The translations under genes and the position numbers were made by a program. Below, one piece after another: positions 48,649 to 60,471 of a DNA stretch of 64,000 nucleotides. Under the pieces are notes generated by a model. It was not told the DNA's origin. It made no database searches and was given only the letters and a program-made list of their open reading frames with translations. Each line of letters begins with the position of its first letter. Positions within the stretch are counted from its first letter, which is position 1. This DNA is from Chiloscyllium plagiosum (taxonomy: Eukaryota). Where the stretch lies: positions 14,951,684-15,015,683 of the forward strand of contig NC_057712.1 in NCBI RefSeq assembly GCF_004010195.1, given 5' to 3'.

Positions 48649-49902
48649 GAGGGAATCTTAAACAAATACTCTCCGACTCCCTCAGCAATAGATCTAGTCA
48701 GAGAAATGCCATGTGTTTTTCAGCATCTCAATCAAAAGCTATATCTTAAAGATATAATATGTCACAACTAATAATTATGTGTTAGAATTTTGAAAACATG
48801 AGGGTTTACAAATCCAATGAGCTTCATGCAAATTCATAAACAGAATACAAATAAAACTTCAGACAAAAGTAGATATAATTCTGTGAATTGGTTCTTTTAA
48901 TAAGGCAAGTAACCAAGTTTGACCAGGTCCTTCATTGTATCGTAACTTGTCATGAGAAACAATCTGAAGCTCTATTAGGTAACAGTATTGATCAATAATG
49001 TGGCAATAATTTGCAATTCTAACCATAACCTATTGCACTTATACAACATATCAATACAAGAGAATTATGATGCGGGCAATACTCCACTAAACCATTCTGC
49101 TGAGCAAACCAAACCAAGTGAAAGCAGTCTTTGGAATTCCAACCCCCAGAGATGTCTCTGCCTTGTAATGCAAAAGCTGATTCCAATGAATTGAGCAGAT
49201 GACCAATCTTAGGACAAATTTCTTTGTATATGGGTCAGCCCACATTGTTGTAGAGTTTGACAAAACACAGAAGACATCCTGGCCATCACCCATTTCACTC
49301 AGATCAATTTTCAGCTGTCTTGAAAAATCTTGTCACTGGATCAGCGTAGTCATGAAGAGTGAGGTTGATGAACTGCAACTCCCCCCTCACTATAATCCAA
49401 CTGACACACATATCATATTTACCATCTTTTGACCACGTTATCTAACCGTCACATGTTCTGTGGCAATGGGTGTGTGATACAACTGTAGGTGTGAAGCTGC
49501 ACTCATAATTCTGTATACAGGCAACTCAGGATGTAGCTTAGCTTCTCACTGAAAGTAAACAGATGTGAAACTTAGCAGCCCCGTGAATAACAGAGCATCC
49601 TTTTTAAAAACCTACAGCTCACCTCAATGCTATGAGGAAGAGGCTAGAAAACTTGCCCCATGTATTGTTTGCTTCACCTCCCCTGGCCAGCAGGCTAGAC
49701 CCAGCAGGAAATCCAGCAACAGTCATAAGTCAAGCTCAAAAACAGAACCAAGGTAGCATTGGGCACACTGGTGTGTGGAACATTCACAGCCTCATGATCC
49801 ATGCCATTTCTGACAGACATGGGAAAAGATCTGTTCTTGTGTTCATGGAAAAGAAGAACAGTGTGAAACTTGTCCTGACATGACCCATCTCATCACTGAG
49901 TT

Positions 49903-50790
49903 GACCATAAGACCATAAGTTATCAAAGTAGAATTAGGCCATTTGGCCCATTGAATCTGCTCTGCCAATCAATAATGACCAACATGTTTCTCAACCACAA
50001 TATCTTGCCTTCTCTGCATAACTTTTGATCCCTTTACTAATCATGTACCTATCTATTGCTGTGTTAAAGTCACTCAATTACTTGACCCCACACTCTTCTG
50101 TGACAATGAGTTCCACAGAGACGCCACCATCTAGCTGAAGGAATTGCTCCTCGTTGCAGTTCTAAAAGGTTGTCCCTTTTCACTCTGAGGCTGTGCGCTT
50201 AGGTCCTAGTCTTTCCTAATAATGGAAACATCTTCTGCGGGTCCAATCTATCCAGGTGTCAGTATTCTGCAAGTTTCAGTCAGATCCCCCCTCATCCCTC
50301 TAAACTCCATTGAATACAGACCCAAAGTCCTCAACTGCTTCTCAAATAACAAATCTTTCATTCCAGGATCATTTTTGCAAACCTCCTCTGAACACGGTCC
50401 AAGGCCAGCACATCCTTCCTTAGATACAGGGCCGAAAACTACTCACAACATTCTAATTGCAGTCTGACCAGAACCTTATACAGCCTCAGCAGTACATTTC
50501 TTCTCTTGTATTCTCACCCTCTCGAAACAAATGCTAACGTTGCATTTGTCTTTCTAACTGCCACATGAACCTCAATGTTAACCTTAAGAGAATCCTGAAT
50601 TATGACTTCCAAGTCCCTTTGTGTTTCAGATTTCCAAAGCCTGTCCCTAATTGGAAAGCAGTCTACGCCTGTATTCTTCCTCCCAAAGTGCATAACCCCA
50701 CACTTTCCCACGTTGTACTCCATTTGCCACCTCTTTGCTCACTCTCCTAGCCTGTCCAAATCCTTCTGCAGCCTCCCCACTTCCTCAACA
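49903..50790 (-). mobile_element. CR1 LINE 3' portion (cttatggt-tail subfamily)
   Basis: Minus MEYNVGKCGVMHFGRKN...QRDLEVIIQDSLKV; tail gaccataagaccataag on plus. Confidence 0.9.
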
Positions 50791-53324
50791 CTGAAACACA
50801 GTCTGCAGGGCTGGATGTTTGAGATAGCAAACTTGGACAGAAGTCTGAAATTTGACAGGAGTGCTACAGTGTTCTAATAAGGACAGCACTTATTATAAGA
50901 CAGTCATTGTTAATGAATTACATGAAGTATCCATTTGGTAACCCTGGCCATCTACAACACATTTGTTGTATAAGACAATGGATCTCAACGGGTTAATATT
51001 TGTATTATATTGGCTTCACTCACTCCTACTGCTATGCATAGTCTCCATTGAGACAACAGATTCAATTCTAGCTTCTGAAGGGAGTAGATGTATCTGTATC
51101 AGCTCCCCGTGACCCTAGTAATTATACCTGAACAAACATATTGCTATCATGTAAATAATGTCATGCTCTTGTTATCTAGGAATAGTAATTATTCCATATA
51201 TACTGTACAGTGGTGTATCTCCACCACTAATTACTAGGTGGGCCCAAGAGATCAGAAAACAAAGGAGTATTAACAGGAAACCATCTCAAACAACCCTTGC
51301 CCAGAACCACATACTGGTAGCGGTGGTCACCAATGGTCACTATGGGAAACATCAGAAATTTTATCATAAACCCCAGCCTATTTGGTAAATTCTTATGTAA
51401 GGAATTGAGGCTGAGAGATTGTTGGTAAGGATCAGTTTTTAAATTGCTTCACGAAACACTAAGACAAGCCGTAAGGGTGAAATATCAAGTACTTCATACA
51501 GAATTTAGCAGCTGAGAGTTACCTCACAAACCCATTCAATAGTTGGTTCTTTTTAGCAGAAGGCAATGAGCAAATGTCAAAATGATTTGAAAAAATCTGA
51601 GATCCACACTCTGAATTTTAGTGCATAGTTATTTTCTGCATTCCTATCTGGGAGTTTAACACCCGGAGGCAAATAAATAGCCACATAGTTGGATGTTTCT
51701 GAGATGGGGGAGCATCAGAGCTGTGCATGTCAGAGGATCCCTCTACAATCATACCCTTCCTTTTTCATCTCTCCATCTAGCCTCCAAAACCCACACACCT
51801 CACTCCTCCTTAGGGTGTCCATTCTCTCCACACCCAAAAATGTGTCTGTCCAGGATCTACGTTGACACTTTCAGACCTAGCGGCACCTAATTCTTGATTC
51901 TATGAATTAACCAGTAACATTTGATGTGGATCCTTGATTTGTTAAGATACCAATTGCTGGTAATACTGGATAGGTCCAATCACAGAATAGAACTTTGCTT
52001 GACAGGTCATGCTTAATCTTCCAGTTGGTTGCCACGGTGTTTAGTCATTGGACATAAAGAACATTTATAGGCTCATGTTTAAGAAATGAACATAAACACA
52101 TAAAGCTATTTATGTAAGAGAGTTTAGAGAAGTTTTAGCATAAGCAGCAAAACAAAGTTTCAACATGTTTCACAAAGTTATTCTTTTACAGATATTTAAT
52201 CCCAGATAAATATTTCTTCCATTTCAACTATTTAATTTTACTGAACTGACTTCGCTCAGTTCTCTTCTTCGAGACACACAGTTTTGTGACTTCTTTCCGA
52301 GTCTGCTGATGAGAATCTTTTTAAATTCTGATGGCCTCGGCATCTTTTCAGTTCTAACAACTTGAAAACCGTGACACAAACGCTTACAGCTTGGAGACTT
52401 CACAAAACAGAAACCCTTCAGGAGGGGGAACTGTCCCCTTCTGAACTGAAATTCTGATTCTTCTGATTTGAAGTCAAAAGCTAAACTGATGGCATCTGAT
52501 CCTTTGTAAACTCAGCAGTATAAACACTTCATCCACCAACAGCACAGATATCCTGCCAGGCATTTGACTGGATCATAGACTTTTTAGAAGTAATGCTTTT
52601 AGGTCACAGTTCCAAATGAATTTCTGACCTTTTATATAAAAAGAAACTTCACAAAACCATTACCACACATCAGCATCTATTTTAAAATTCCAAATCCCAA
52701 GATAAAGATAAGAATACAATATACACCTTTTCTCTCAGCCATAGAGCATAACATCAAGGTGGTGCAACCTATATTAAAATTGTCTGTAACATGCTTTTCT
52801 AAAGATGCAGATGGCTGTTAGAAATATGTCTTCAGAAGACAACGCAAGAATGCTTCATCATTACTTCCAGTATGGCATCACTCAGAAATAAGAGAAAAGG
52901 TATGATTTTAAAATATATAATATTTAGGAGGACAGTGCAACCATTGATTAAAGTATTCTAATGTTGAATCACAGTAAAAAGTGCAACCAATGCTAACAGG
53001 TATGGTTGTAGTGCACAGACACAATGTTAGAAATTCCAATGAAGCTTTTGGATGCAGAGCAGGACTTCCACCATCCCTTTACCCTATCACTGACCCTGTT
53101 CCAAAGCTTGCAGATGGAGTCTTCCGGATGTTGCTGTAAAAGAGACAGCAATCAGAGCACTACCACATAGATGGAGTGAGTGGGTATGGAAAGGTATGGT
53201 GCTATAGTCCGATAGGAAGTGAAAGTCTTTGATGTAGATGAGAAATGAGCAACTGTAAAAGAGATTTTGCTTCCCAGTTACACAAAGCAGTAAAAGCTAG
53301 TAACGAACTTTGTTGGCTACACCT

Positions 53325-53407
53325 TGGATGCTGCCTGACCTGCTGTGCTTTTCCAGCACCACTCTAATCTTGACTCTGATCTCCAGCATCTGCAGTCCTC
53401 ACTTTCG
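53325..53407 (+). mobile_element. Penelope-derived terminal-repeat fragment (family of 16209/42499)
   Basis: ggatgctgcctgacctgctgtgcttttccagcacc...tctccagcatctgcagtcctcacttt, flanked by ctacacc on both sides. Confidence 0.7.
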
Positions 53408-53489
53408 CCTACACCCCATGTATGTGTCAATGCCCTCGGTCACCATTGACCATGAATAGAATAATAAATAGTGGGACAGAAGGAGGTCA

Positions 53490-53995
53490 AAAGTTCGGCA
53501 CTTGGCAGCAAGTAACTCACCTCCGTGATTGCCCAGTGCCTGATGCAAGACACAGTTGAGCATTTAATAGAATATTCTCCACTTGCTTGAATGGATGCAG
53601 CTCAAACAATAATTAAAGCTTGACACCATTCATGTCAAAACAGCTCGATTGACTGACACCCGATCCATCACCTGTAACATTCACTCCCTGCACTACTGAA
53701 GCATAGGGGAGCAGTGATACCATCTACAAGATCACCTACAGTAAGTTACCCAGACTACTTTGACAGCACCATCTAAATCTATAACCTCTCCCACTTAAAA
53801 GGACAAGGGCACCACCTGAAAGTTCCCTTCCAAGCCACAGTCCATCCTGACTTGGATCTATTGACTTCCCTTTATTTTTGCTGGAGCAAAATCTTGGAGA
53901 TCACACTCTCAACACTGTTAAGAAGTATCTACCACCCCAAGCATTGCACCAGTTCAAAAAGGCACTTCAAGAGCAATTAGGAATGTGCAGTAAAC
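53490..53995 (+). mobile_element. LINE 3' portion (family of 57020-58085)
   Basis: gaatattctccacttgcttgaatggatgcagctc...gcttgacaccattc...gagcaattagg tail. Confidence 0.75.
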
Positions 53996-54189
53996 AGAAT
54001 ATAAGCTCCCAACACCAATGATAGGTGCTATAGCCTGCATGTGCAGTGGTGACCTATGTGACACCAGTCCGTCCTGACACGACCTCTAATGCTTGTATGT
54101 ATCTACACCTACTTGAGTAATTTCAGTGTTAATGCATGGACAATGACTGCTTCAGATGTATCCATTCCAAGAGTGATAGCAGGTGTGAT

Positions 54190-55240
54190 TAATGGTTCCA
54201 GGGGTGAGAAACGTCAGGTATCAGTATACTGAGGAACCTCAATTATCTGAAAATTGGATTATCCAAAGGAGATCTCGAGGCCCTGATAGAAACATTATAT
54301 CAAAGACATGTTTCCAGTAGTGATCACGTCATTTGTTTACAGTAATTAAACAGGCACCGTCTCCAAATGATTGACCTCCTACCCTCTCTCTCCCCCCACA
54401 CTTTCCCTGGAGTTCCAGACTAGTGTGCATCCTAAACCCCCCACCTCCCCAGATAATCTGACCAACATTGTCCTGTACAGGGCAGAGGTGGAACCTGTCA
54501 AAATGTTGCAGTAAAAGGTTGGGTGTGTGGCTCTGGCTGTGTGTGTGTGTGTGTGTGTGTGCGCGCTATTTGGAGACTTACCCCACAAAGGCAGCAGCAG
54601 CAGCAGTCTTATTACTGTTGTCCAATCCGGCTGCCCCGGAGAGGAGACGGGGGCAGTGCTGGTCGGGGTGGGGGCCGGCTCGCTCGCTGTGTGCTGCTGC
54701 TAGTCTCCTGAACGGGGAACAGACTTTAAAAACGTCTGTTTTTAAAGGAGGAAAGGCATTTAATCGATTAACTGAATAATCAATTATCCAAACAAAATAG
54801 TGTCCAACCATCTCGTTCGGATAATCGAGGTTCCCCTATAAATTGAAGAAGCTGGAACTGTTCTTGGAGAGAAAGAGGCTAACAGTAAATTTGATGGAGG
54901 TTTTCAAAATCATGAGTGGGCTAGATAGAGTAGATGGGGAGAAGCTGTTCCTGCTTGTAAAGGAACAAGAAGAAAAGGGGTAAAGCTGTAAAGTGTTGCA
55001 AAACAAACAAAGGGGGGATGTGAGAAAAAAGCATTACTAACAAGTAAAAATTGTTAGAATGTGGAATGCACTGCCTGGAAATATTGTGGAGGCAGGCTCA
55101 ATTGAGTCATTCAAGAGAGCATTAGATAATTATTTGGATGGAAATAGTGCACAAAGGTATGGGGAAAAGCAGAAGATTGACACGAGGTAATGATATTCCA
55201 ATGAAGAGCCAACGCAGGCAGGATGGGCCAAATGGCCTCA
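54190..55240 (+). mobile_element. CR1 3' end interrupted by a Tigger-type element
   Basis: aatggttccaggggtgagaaac before and gaagctggaactgttc...tttgatggaggttttcaaaatcatg...tggaatgcactgcctg after the insertion. Confidence 0.75.
54229..54838. mobile_element. Non-autonomous Tc1/mariner (Tigger/pogo-type) element with internal (GT)n
   Basis: TA|ctgaggaacctcaattatctgaa ... ttcggataatcgaggttccccta|TA; same TIR family as 21955-22130. Confidence 0.82.
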
Positions 55241-57019
55241 TGAACATGAGTGCACAGACAACCCAGAGGGGCAACAAAAGGTAGGAATCAGTAATCCTTG
55301 AAAATAGATGTACTGGTTCTCCATTTCAAAGTACACAGAATGAGTTGGACCAATATATTTCATTCTCCTGTTTTCTTACTTTTTTTTCCCCGCACGCAGT
55401 AAAAAAAGGTTTCAGTAGTTGTAGCGTCATAAATCTTCTTTCCGGAACTTTTCAAAATATTTTTGAAAGCATTTTAGAAGCAGAAATATTTATGTTTTAA
55501 GTTTTCATGGTGTATAAAATCAATATGCACAGTCTTTGTAATGAACAAAGCATTCAATTTACAAAGTTATTGATCATTCTGCAAATGCTTATTGTTGTAT
55601 TCACAGCATAACTGTGTTGTGTTCCAATCAATTATTGCAAATCATGAAAAAAACGAGCAGAAAGGGCTCAAAATCAACACAAGGAACTTATAAACATTAA
55701 TAACAATATTAATCAGTTCTCCATATCCGATATGCCATTTTCATTCGTTTTGATTTTAATCCTCCAGCATCCTTAAACTAATTAACAACCCAATCAGGTA
55801 TAAAGTTTGTGAAGGTAAAATGATTGGATATCCTGAATATCTAAATTAATTTCACCTAAAAGTGTTAGGAAATTACATTTTTAGCAAGGTTTAAAATTGG
55901 ATTATATAATGCTAGCAGTGACTCACGGTGCTCTTTTCAGGAAAAGTTTACCTTTCATGTTCTTTGGAGAATGTAATTATGCTCCAATACAAGGGGGGTA
56001 ATTGGACTTTGGTTGGGGTAGAACATGATAATCTAAAGCACTTAAAACCAGTCAGAAGTCATCCAAAAAGCAATCTAGAAAAGCAAGCTGAGCTTGTCAG
56101 ATCCCTCTGGGAAAAGGATAACTAGAGATGGCTTTTAAGACATATACAGATAGAAGTTCAAATGCAATGGGGTGGAAAGTAAATGTCACAGTGCTGTTAA
56201 AAGTAAGTCATCTTTATTGATGTGTTTTCAGATTTACTTCACCTAAATTTCATTCATAATGAAACAAATATAAAAATTAAAAATTTCATAAGGGTGCATT
56301 AAATACATATTTTGTGGGACAAATCAGCATTGGCATTGAAAGGCTAAAGTTAGTTATAGTTCCACTAGACTTGAAATTGTAGTTGCAGTAATTTAGTGTT
56401 TCTGGGAAGACCAATAGAGGGTACTTCCAAAGGCCTGTATTGAATATGAATTCAGAATTGATAAGAGGAAATCACTTGTGAATGGCAATAATTGAAACAA
56501 ATGCCTCAATATCACATGCTGACACTAGTTGTATTTCATATGTGAAACCTGCATTGGCTATCATAAAATATATATGCTGCTTTAAGAAGTGCTTGCTATT
56601 GGTGCCAAATGATTGTGCTCAAATTTTATTTAAAAAAACCTGTTAAGGTATGTTAGAATACATATCTATAGTTGGTTGGACTTGAAACTAGAACTGCTAG
56701 GCCAGAGGTAGGGATATTACCACTAACCACAACACCCGAGAAGTTGTACTCATACACTTCTATAAGTGAATAGTTTGATTTGACAGTAGATGGCATCTGT
56801 TTGTGCTGCAAATATTGTTTTAAATATATGTACACAACTATCAAAGAAATATTTTCACACAGTGGAAGTTGTACTGTGGGTCAGGAATTACGTTAAATAA
56901 AAGTCAATGAAGAAAAAAACAAACAGAAGAGTTTCTCAGGTAACTGCTGACAAGTGAAGGCTTTCATTGGACTTGTGACCCAGTTATCAATATGTCAATC
57001 ACATCAGTATTGCTTGAGT

Positions 57020-58085
57020 CAATTCATCATATGGACAAAAAAGCTGAACTCCACAAGTGAAGTGAGAGTGACGGCCCTTGACATCAAGGCGGCGTTTAAC
57101 TGAGTGTGTGGCATCAAGGAGCCTGAGCAAAACTGAGGTCAGTGGGAATCAGAAAGAAAGGTTGGAGTCAGATGTGGCACAGAGGGAGGTGGCTGTGACA
57201 GTTGGAAGTCAGTGATTTCAGCTCCAGGACATGCCTGCAAGAGTTCCTAAGAGTAGTGCCCTAGGCCCAGCTGCTTCATCAATGACCATCACTGTGTCAG
57301 AAGAACAAAAGTTGGAATATTTACTGATGATTGCAGTGTTCGGGATCATTTATGACTTCTCAGATACAGAAGCAAACCATGTCCAAATGCTGGAAGAGCT
57401 GAGCAATTTCCAATTGGGCTAAAAAGTAACAAGTAACATTCACGCCACACAAATGCCAGGCTATGACCATCTCCCATAAGAGATAATTAACCACTGCCTA
57501 TAATATTCAGTGGCATGACCATCACTGAATACCCCACCATCAACAATCTGGGGATTACTGTTGATCAGAAACTGAACTGGACCGGCCATACAAATACAGT
57601 GGCTGCAAGAGCAGGTCTGAGGCTAGGAATGCTGCAGCGTATAACTCAACTCCTGATTCCTTAAAGCCAGTTCACCATGTATTAGGCACAGGTCAGCAAT
57701 GTGATACAATACTCCGCAGCTGTTTGGATGAATGCAGCTTCAACAATATACAAGAGGCTTAACACCATCCAAAGCAGCCTACTTGATTGTTTGTGGATGG
57801 GGTACCAATTAGTCACTCCACCACTGACACTCAGTAACAGCAGTCTCTACTATCTGCAAGACACATTGCAGAAATTCACCAGGAATCCTTAGACAGCACA
57901 TTTCAAACACATGACCAATTCCACCTACAAGGACAGTATATACGTGGGAACATCACCATCTGCAAGCTTCCCTCCTAGCTACTCACACCCTGCCTGGGAT
58001 ATATATCATTGTTTCTTCACCAAAGATGGACAGTAAATGGTGGACCAGCCAGTGACGCCCACATCTCATGAGTGAATAAGAAAAG
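57020..58085 (+). mobile_element. LINE 3' half with degraded RT (CR1/L2-group, ALDIKAAF-type)
   Basis: WTKKLNSTSEVRVTALDIKAAFN, RVPKSSALGP (consensus GVPQGSVLGP), later YSAAVWMNAAST..KRLNTIQ; tail cagccagtgacgcccacatctcatgagtgaataag. Confidence 0.8.
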
Positions 58086-58684
58086 CAGACATTTGAGGGC
58101 TAACTACTGACCAGAAGTTTATTGAGATTTGACAGGTTGATCTTCATGTCTCCAGATTGCAAAGGACCAGACATACGCAGCAAGTCATGCACTGAGACCC
58201 TGTGGAGGTCCTAACCTGCTGACTGAAAAGGTCTCTTACATTGAGTCAAAGTTGGAGATTTTGGGACTGACCTGATTTAGTTACCCAGACAGTTGCCTAA
58301 AAAAAATACAAAATTCATATTCCAAGTCCTGCATCACTATACAGCTGACACTGCTCTGACTCATTCCCCAACTACCGTCCTGACTCCCTGACTATGCCCT
58401 GATGCTACAACACCTCCTTGATCTAACCTGACTAGTCTGTAACGCAGATACATTTCAACTCAACCAGCTACTCTACCATTTACACACCTCATACACTTCT
58501 GCACTTATCATTTTTCACATCTGCCTCCAGTCACATCTACTACCCGAACCGACTCAGTGTCCTATCTATACTGAGAAGTTTTGGGACTTTTAAATACTTA
58601 CTTAACAGCATGTAATAGCTCGTGCCGTGAGAAAAGGGCATGGTTTCTGTATAGATACTCTTTGCTGGTCTCTCCAAGATCTTG

Positions 58685-59040
58685 CCACGTTGGCTCAGTG
58701 GTTGGCACTGCTGCCTCACGGTGGCAGGGACCCGAGTTTGATTCCAGCATTGGGTGACTGTCTCTGTGCAGTTTGCACATTCTCCCCGTGTCTGCGTGGT
58801 TTCTTCTGGGTGTTCTGGTTTCCTCCCACAATCCAAAGATGTGCAGATTAGGTGAATTGGCCATGATAAGTTGCCCTTAGTTTTCAGGGATGTATAGGCT
58901 AGGTGCATTAGTCAGGGGAAATGTAGACTAATAGGTGTAAGGGAATGGGTCTGGGTGGGATACTCTTTGGAGGGTCCATGTAGACTTGTTGGGCCAAATA
59001 GCCTGTTTCCACACTGTAGGGATTCTAATTCTAATTCTAA
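58685..59040 (+). mobile_element. HE1-type V-SINE, near full length
   Basis: tggctcagtggttggcactgctgcctcacgg...V-domain...ccacactgtagggattctaattctaattct. Confidence 0.93.
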
Positions 59041-59567
59041 AAACATGTGCTGAGGGAGTTTTTGAAGATCTTCAATTAAATTAGAATCAGAATTAGAGAG
59101 AGGAGCACAGAGATACAGGAGCACAGTGAAAAGTATACAAAGTCACTGTTTCTGGTGCCATCTTACATATAAAGATGCCTGGGTACATAATCTTAATAAT
59201 GAATTTGCGCTACAAAAAGCACAATGTGAGAACAGAGTAGAGACTGAGTCTTCAATAATGGGAAGCTCATATATACCTTACCAAGTTTCTCCACCATCAC
59301 CATGACTCCGGTCTGGTGTGTGATAGAATAATTACCACTCACTTGCATAGATGAACTAGTATCAATACTCAAGGAGTTTTAAGCATCTTGAGAAAAGATT
59401 AATTGACTGATATTCCTGCCACAAGAATCAATGTCACCTTTCCACTTCCACCTCGGTCACCAAGGTTACTTGGATTTCCAAAAGGCATTTGATAAGGTGC
59501 CACATCAAAGGTGGCAGAAAATAAAAGCTCATGGTGTCTGTGGGAAACTTACTGTCATGGACAGGAA

Positions 59568-59836
59568 TGAGAACTGAAATTGCTGGAAAAGCTCAGTGGG
59601 TCTGGCAGCATCTATGGAGAGAAATCAGCATTAACATTTTGGGTCCAGTGACCCTTCCTCAGAAGATCTGAGAAGTCGCTGAGGGTCACAGAAGAGTTCT
59701 GAGGAAGGGTCGCTGGATCCGAAACGTTAACTCTGATTTCTTCCCACAGATGCTGACAGACCTGCTGCGATTTTACAGCAATTCCTGTTTTCGTTTCTGA
59801 TTTCCAGCATCTGCAGTTTTGTTTGGTTTTTATTTA
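59568..59836. mobile_element. Palindromic Penelope-derived element inserted in a CR1 RT fragment
   Basis: Inverted arms of about 95 bp; TSD-like tcatggacaggaa (59555-59567) / tcatggatagaa (59837-59848); upstream LDFQKAFDKVPH CR1 remnant. Confidence 0.85.
59693..59734 (+). ncRNA. Minimal type-I hammerhead ribozyme (Penelope-associated, palindromic helix III)
   Basis: AGAGUU-CUGAGGA-a-GGGUC-gcug-GAUCC-GAA-ACGU-U-AACUCU: 6-bp helix I, intact core, 5-bp helix II, ACGU palindrome, GUU cleavage triplet. Confidence 0.8.
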
Positions 59837-60471
59837 TCATGGATAGAACATTGCATGGGGAAAAGGAAGATCTAAGAGGCATATATTTAAAACTAAAAAT
59901 AATCAACTCATTTTTTGCTCTTGGAAACAAAACTGCTTAAAATGGTTGTATTAGCTTCTGTGGTTTTATGTGACTCACATTAAGATTTTATGTAACCAAG
60001 TGAAAGATAACAGCAAGAAAGATAAACGAGACAGCAGATGATAAACCAACTCTTCAACAGTTGACAGAAAACAAGAGAAATTAATATGGGATAAAAGCAT
60101 ACACTTACTGACTCAGGAAGATTTGTCAAAGGATTCACTGACAAATTATTGCATGATATAGCTACCGTAGGTAATAATTTGTAAGCTGCCCCTTTATAAT
60201 TGATTTCACCACAAATGGTAAATAATGAGTGCTATTCAAGCAATACAGGCAATTTTCCAAATAAACATGAGATGACTGTACTTAAATGTTGTTATAACCA
60301 TTTGGACTGGACTTCAGTTAATGCCAAAATAACCATTAATGGAATAATATCTTATAGGGAGTTGTATTTTTAGGTCAAATGCAGAATTACATTAGCTATC
60401 AGTTCAGGACTGATAGGTTGGTAAACACAGAATGCATTCAAAACCGAAGGTTTTCTCAAGCTGTTCACTGT

